From Mobula hypostoma (Eukaryota): DNA of 64,000 nt. Every line of letters starts with the position of its first letter. The stretch's first letter is position 1. The stretch lies in contig NC_086097.1 of the NCBI RefSeq assembly GCF_963921235.1, positions 92,816,001 through 92,880,000 of the forward strand, written 5' to 3'. The notes beneath the pieces are model-generated. The model saw nothing but the letters and a program-made list of their open reading frames with translations. It was not told the origin of the DNA and did not search any database. Shown one piece after another: positions 61,117 through 64,000 of the stretch. The translations under genes were made by a program, and so were the position numbers.

Positions 61117-63634
61117 CGGGGTGGAGCTATGTCTCTACCAAAGGAGGTGTAAGGAACTCCTTCCCTCCGCTAGCCTGCTGGTAACCCTTGGGCAAGGTGT
61201 ATCACCTGCTTAGCTCCCCGCCCACCTCCGATCAAGGTCACGTGAAGACATGGTGGATGTTTGTATGAGCAACTGGTACAAATCTGGACAGACTGGCAGG
61301 CACTCTGTGAGCCACATGGAGAGGATATTGATGGGCTCACAGAGTGCATCACTGATTACATCAACTTCTATGTGGACTGCAATGTTCCGACAAGAACTGT
61401 TCTTTGTTATTCAAATAACAAGCCATGGGTGACAAAGGACATTAAAGGCATCCTGAACGCTAAGAAGAGGGCGTTTAGAGATGGAAATAGGGAGGAGCTG
61501 AGGGCAATAGAGAGGGACCTGAAAGCCAGGATCAGGGAAGCTAAAGACAGGTACAGGAGGAAGCTTCAGTGGAAACTCCAGCAGAACAACATGAGAGAGG
61601 TCTGGGGGGGGGGGGATGAGGACCATCACTGGGTTCTGGCAAACTAGCAACAGAGGAGCTGAAGGCAGTGTGGACAGGGCCAATGAACTTAACCTGTTCT
61701 TTAACAGATTTGACATTGTGGCCCCTGCCCAGCCCCCACATGAGCCATCTGTTGTCAGCCCCCAACCAACACATATTCCACTCTCCCCTCCTACCCCTCC
61801 TCACAGTCCCCCACCCTGCTCTCATGACTATACCCCTTCCCCACACGAAACCACCATGGTGGGCTTCACAGCTGAACAGGTGAGAAGACAGCTGAAACGT
61901 CTCAACCCAAGCAAAGCTGCAGGACTGGATGGTGTCAGTACCAGGGTGTTCAAAGCCTGTGCCCCTCAGCTATGTGGAGTACTTTGCCATGTATTCAACC
62001 TGAGCCTGAGGCTCTGGAGGGTTCCTGTACTGTGGAAGACGTCCTGCCTCGTCCCTGTGCTGAAGACGCCGCGCCCCAGCGGCCTCAATGACTACAGACC
62101 GGTGGCATTGACCTCCCACATCATGAAGACCCTGGAGAGACTTGTTCTGGAGCTGCTTCGGCCTATGGTCAGGCCACACTTAGATCCCTTCCATTTCGCC
62201 TACCAGCCCCGACTAGGAGTTGAGGAAGCCATTGTCTACCTGCTGAACCGTGTCTACGCCCACCTGGATAAGCCAGCGAACACTGTGAGGGTCATGTTTT
62301 TTGACTTCTCCAGTGCGTTCAACACCATCCGCCCTGCTCTGCTGGGGGAGAAGCTGACAGCGATGCAGGTGGATGCTTTCCTAGTGTCATGGATTCTTGA
62401 TTACCTGACTGGCAGACCACAGTACGTGTGCTTGCAACACTGTGTGTCCGACAGAGTGATCAGCAGCACTGGGGCTCCACAAGGGACTGTCCTGTCTCCC
62501 TTTCTCTTCACCATTTACACCTCGGACTTCAACTACTGCACAGAGTCTTGTCATCTTCAGAAGTTTTTGGATGACTCTGCCATAGTTGGATGCATCAGCA
62601 AGGGAGATGAGGCTGAGTACAGGGCTACGGTAGGAAACTTTGTCACATGGTGTGAGCAGAATTATCTGCAGCTTAATGTGAAAAAGACTAAGGAGCTGGT
62701 GGTAGACCTGAGGAGAGCTAAGGTACCGGTGACCCCTGTTTCCATCCAGGGGTCAGTGTGAACATAATGGAGGATTACAAATACCTGGGGATACGAATTG
62801 ACAATAAACTGGACTGGTCAAAGAACACTGAGGCTGTCTACAAGAAGGGTCAGAGCCGTCTCTATTTCCTGAGGAGATTGAGGTCCTTTAACATCTGCCG
62901 GACGATGCTGAGGATGTTCTACGAGTCTGTGGTGGCCAGTGCTATCATGTTTGCTGTTGTGTGCTGGGGCAGCAGGCTGAGGGTAGCAGACACCAACAGA
63001 ATCAACAAACTCATTTGTAAGGCCAGTGATGTTGTGGGGATGGAACTGGACTCTCTCACGGTGGTGTCTGAAAAGAGGATGCTGTCTAAGTTGCATGCCA
63101 TCTTGGACAATGTCTCCCATCCACTACGTAATGTACTGGGTGGGCACAGGAGTACATTCAGCCAGAGACTCATTCCACCGAGATGCAGCACAGAGCGTCA
63201 TAGGAAGTCATTCCTGCCTGTGGCCATCAAACTTTACAACTCCTCCCTTGGAGGGTCAGACACCCTGAGCCAATAGGCTGGTCCTGGACTTATTTCCTGG
63301 CATAATTTACATATTACTATTTAACTATTTATGGTTCTATTATTATTTATTACTTATGGTGCAACTGTAACAAAAACCAATTTCCCCCGGGATCAATAAA
63401 GTATGATGATGACTATGCATGACTATAAATCACAAGTCCTGTTTATGTGAACGCTGACACCAGGCAGACAATCTCTGAAGAGTATCGATAATGATTGGGG
63501 TCACCCGTCTTGTAAAGTCACTGCCCAGAAGAAAGCAATGGCAAACCACTTTGGTAGAAAAATTTGCCAGGAACAATCATGGTCAAAGGCCAAGATCAGC
63601 CATATCGTACAACATGGCACACAATGATGATGAT
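61117..63634 (+). mobile_element. Non-autonomous RTE-type repeat split by a Rex1-like LINE insertion
   Basis: 5' half 61117-61284 and 3' half 63427-63634 rejoin as ...ctggtacAAATCacaagtcctg..., as in uninterrupted copies. Tail is (atg)n. Confidence 0.85.
61285..63426 (+). mobile_element. Young 5'-truncated Rex1/Babar-like LINE (RT)
   Basis: Three consecutive ORFs (61261-61647, 61616-62761, 62758-63276) with NNKPWVT, DYRPVALTS, FDFSSAFNTI, GAPQGTVLSP, KFLDD and YKYLG. Tail aataaagtatgatgatgactat. TSD AAATC at 61280-61284 and 63427-63431. Confidence 0.95.
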
Positions 63635-64000
63635 GAGCCTTTCATTAAGGGTACACTGGGTCCCAAACACAAGCAGGAGGTGGTGGAGGGAAATCAGAGG
63701 CAAGGCTATCTTGCAATAGGAGGCCAAAGAAGGACTGTAACCACTTGAGCCAGCCATCAGTTCACCCAGGAATGACACCCAAACAGTCTCTTCATGGGCA
63801 ATGTGCCCAAGGCCCAACTGAAGGCAGTGGTGACAGAAATCTGCTACTTTTAGCAGGCAGTGGGTATTTGAACATTCATTCAGAACAAACAGCAGGGGCC
63901 CTTGTTCAATGTTATTTTATGTTTTCATGGGCAAAGGGTCTAGATCTTACAATGGCTCCTATAGACATCACTTCCGAAATAAGTGACCTGAGGTTTAAAT

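Overview
Eukaryotic, repeat-rich vertebrate DNA. The repeat mix (V-SINEs, CR1, Rex1/Babar, Penelope 3' ends, RTE derivatives) suggests a cartilaginous fish; this is inference from repeat types only. One host gene is securely identifiable: a large + strand coding exon (about 33299-34717) of a TMEM151-family membrane protein. It is TMEM151B-like in sequence and ends in the PDZ-type motif ETSL. It has a tandem AAG-CAG-CAG splice acceptor and no intron at the TTTQ/VYHE position. All other long ORFs are retroelement RT or endonuclease fragments, a truncated Tc1 transposase, or shadow frames. Best leads: (1) many fold-back Penelope 3'-end elements centred on a decayed minimal hammerhead ribozyme; (2) Tc1-type elements whose ends are tiny self-contained palindromic mini-MITEs carrying passenger DNA; (3) 48-bp and 81-bp hAT insertions with perfect 8-bp TSDs; (4) a hairpin-rich RTE-type non-autonomous family with a Bov-A-like motif; (5) a CpG-retaining patch with a consensus CTCF site; (6) candidate extra exons at 31.8 kb (+), 40.1 kb (+) and 52.3-52.6 kb (-). 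I found no CRISPR array, rRNA or genuine tRNA gene, and I cannot demonstrate a wholly new biological system. The findings are hypotheses to test. Boundaries of old repeats are approximate.
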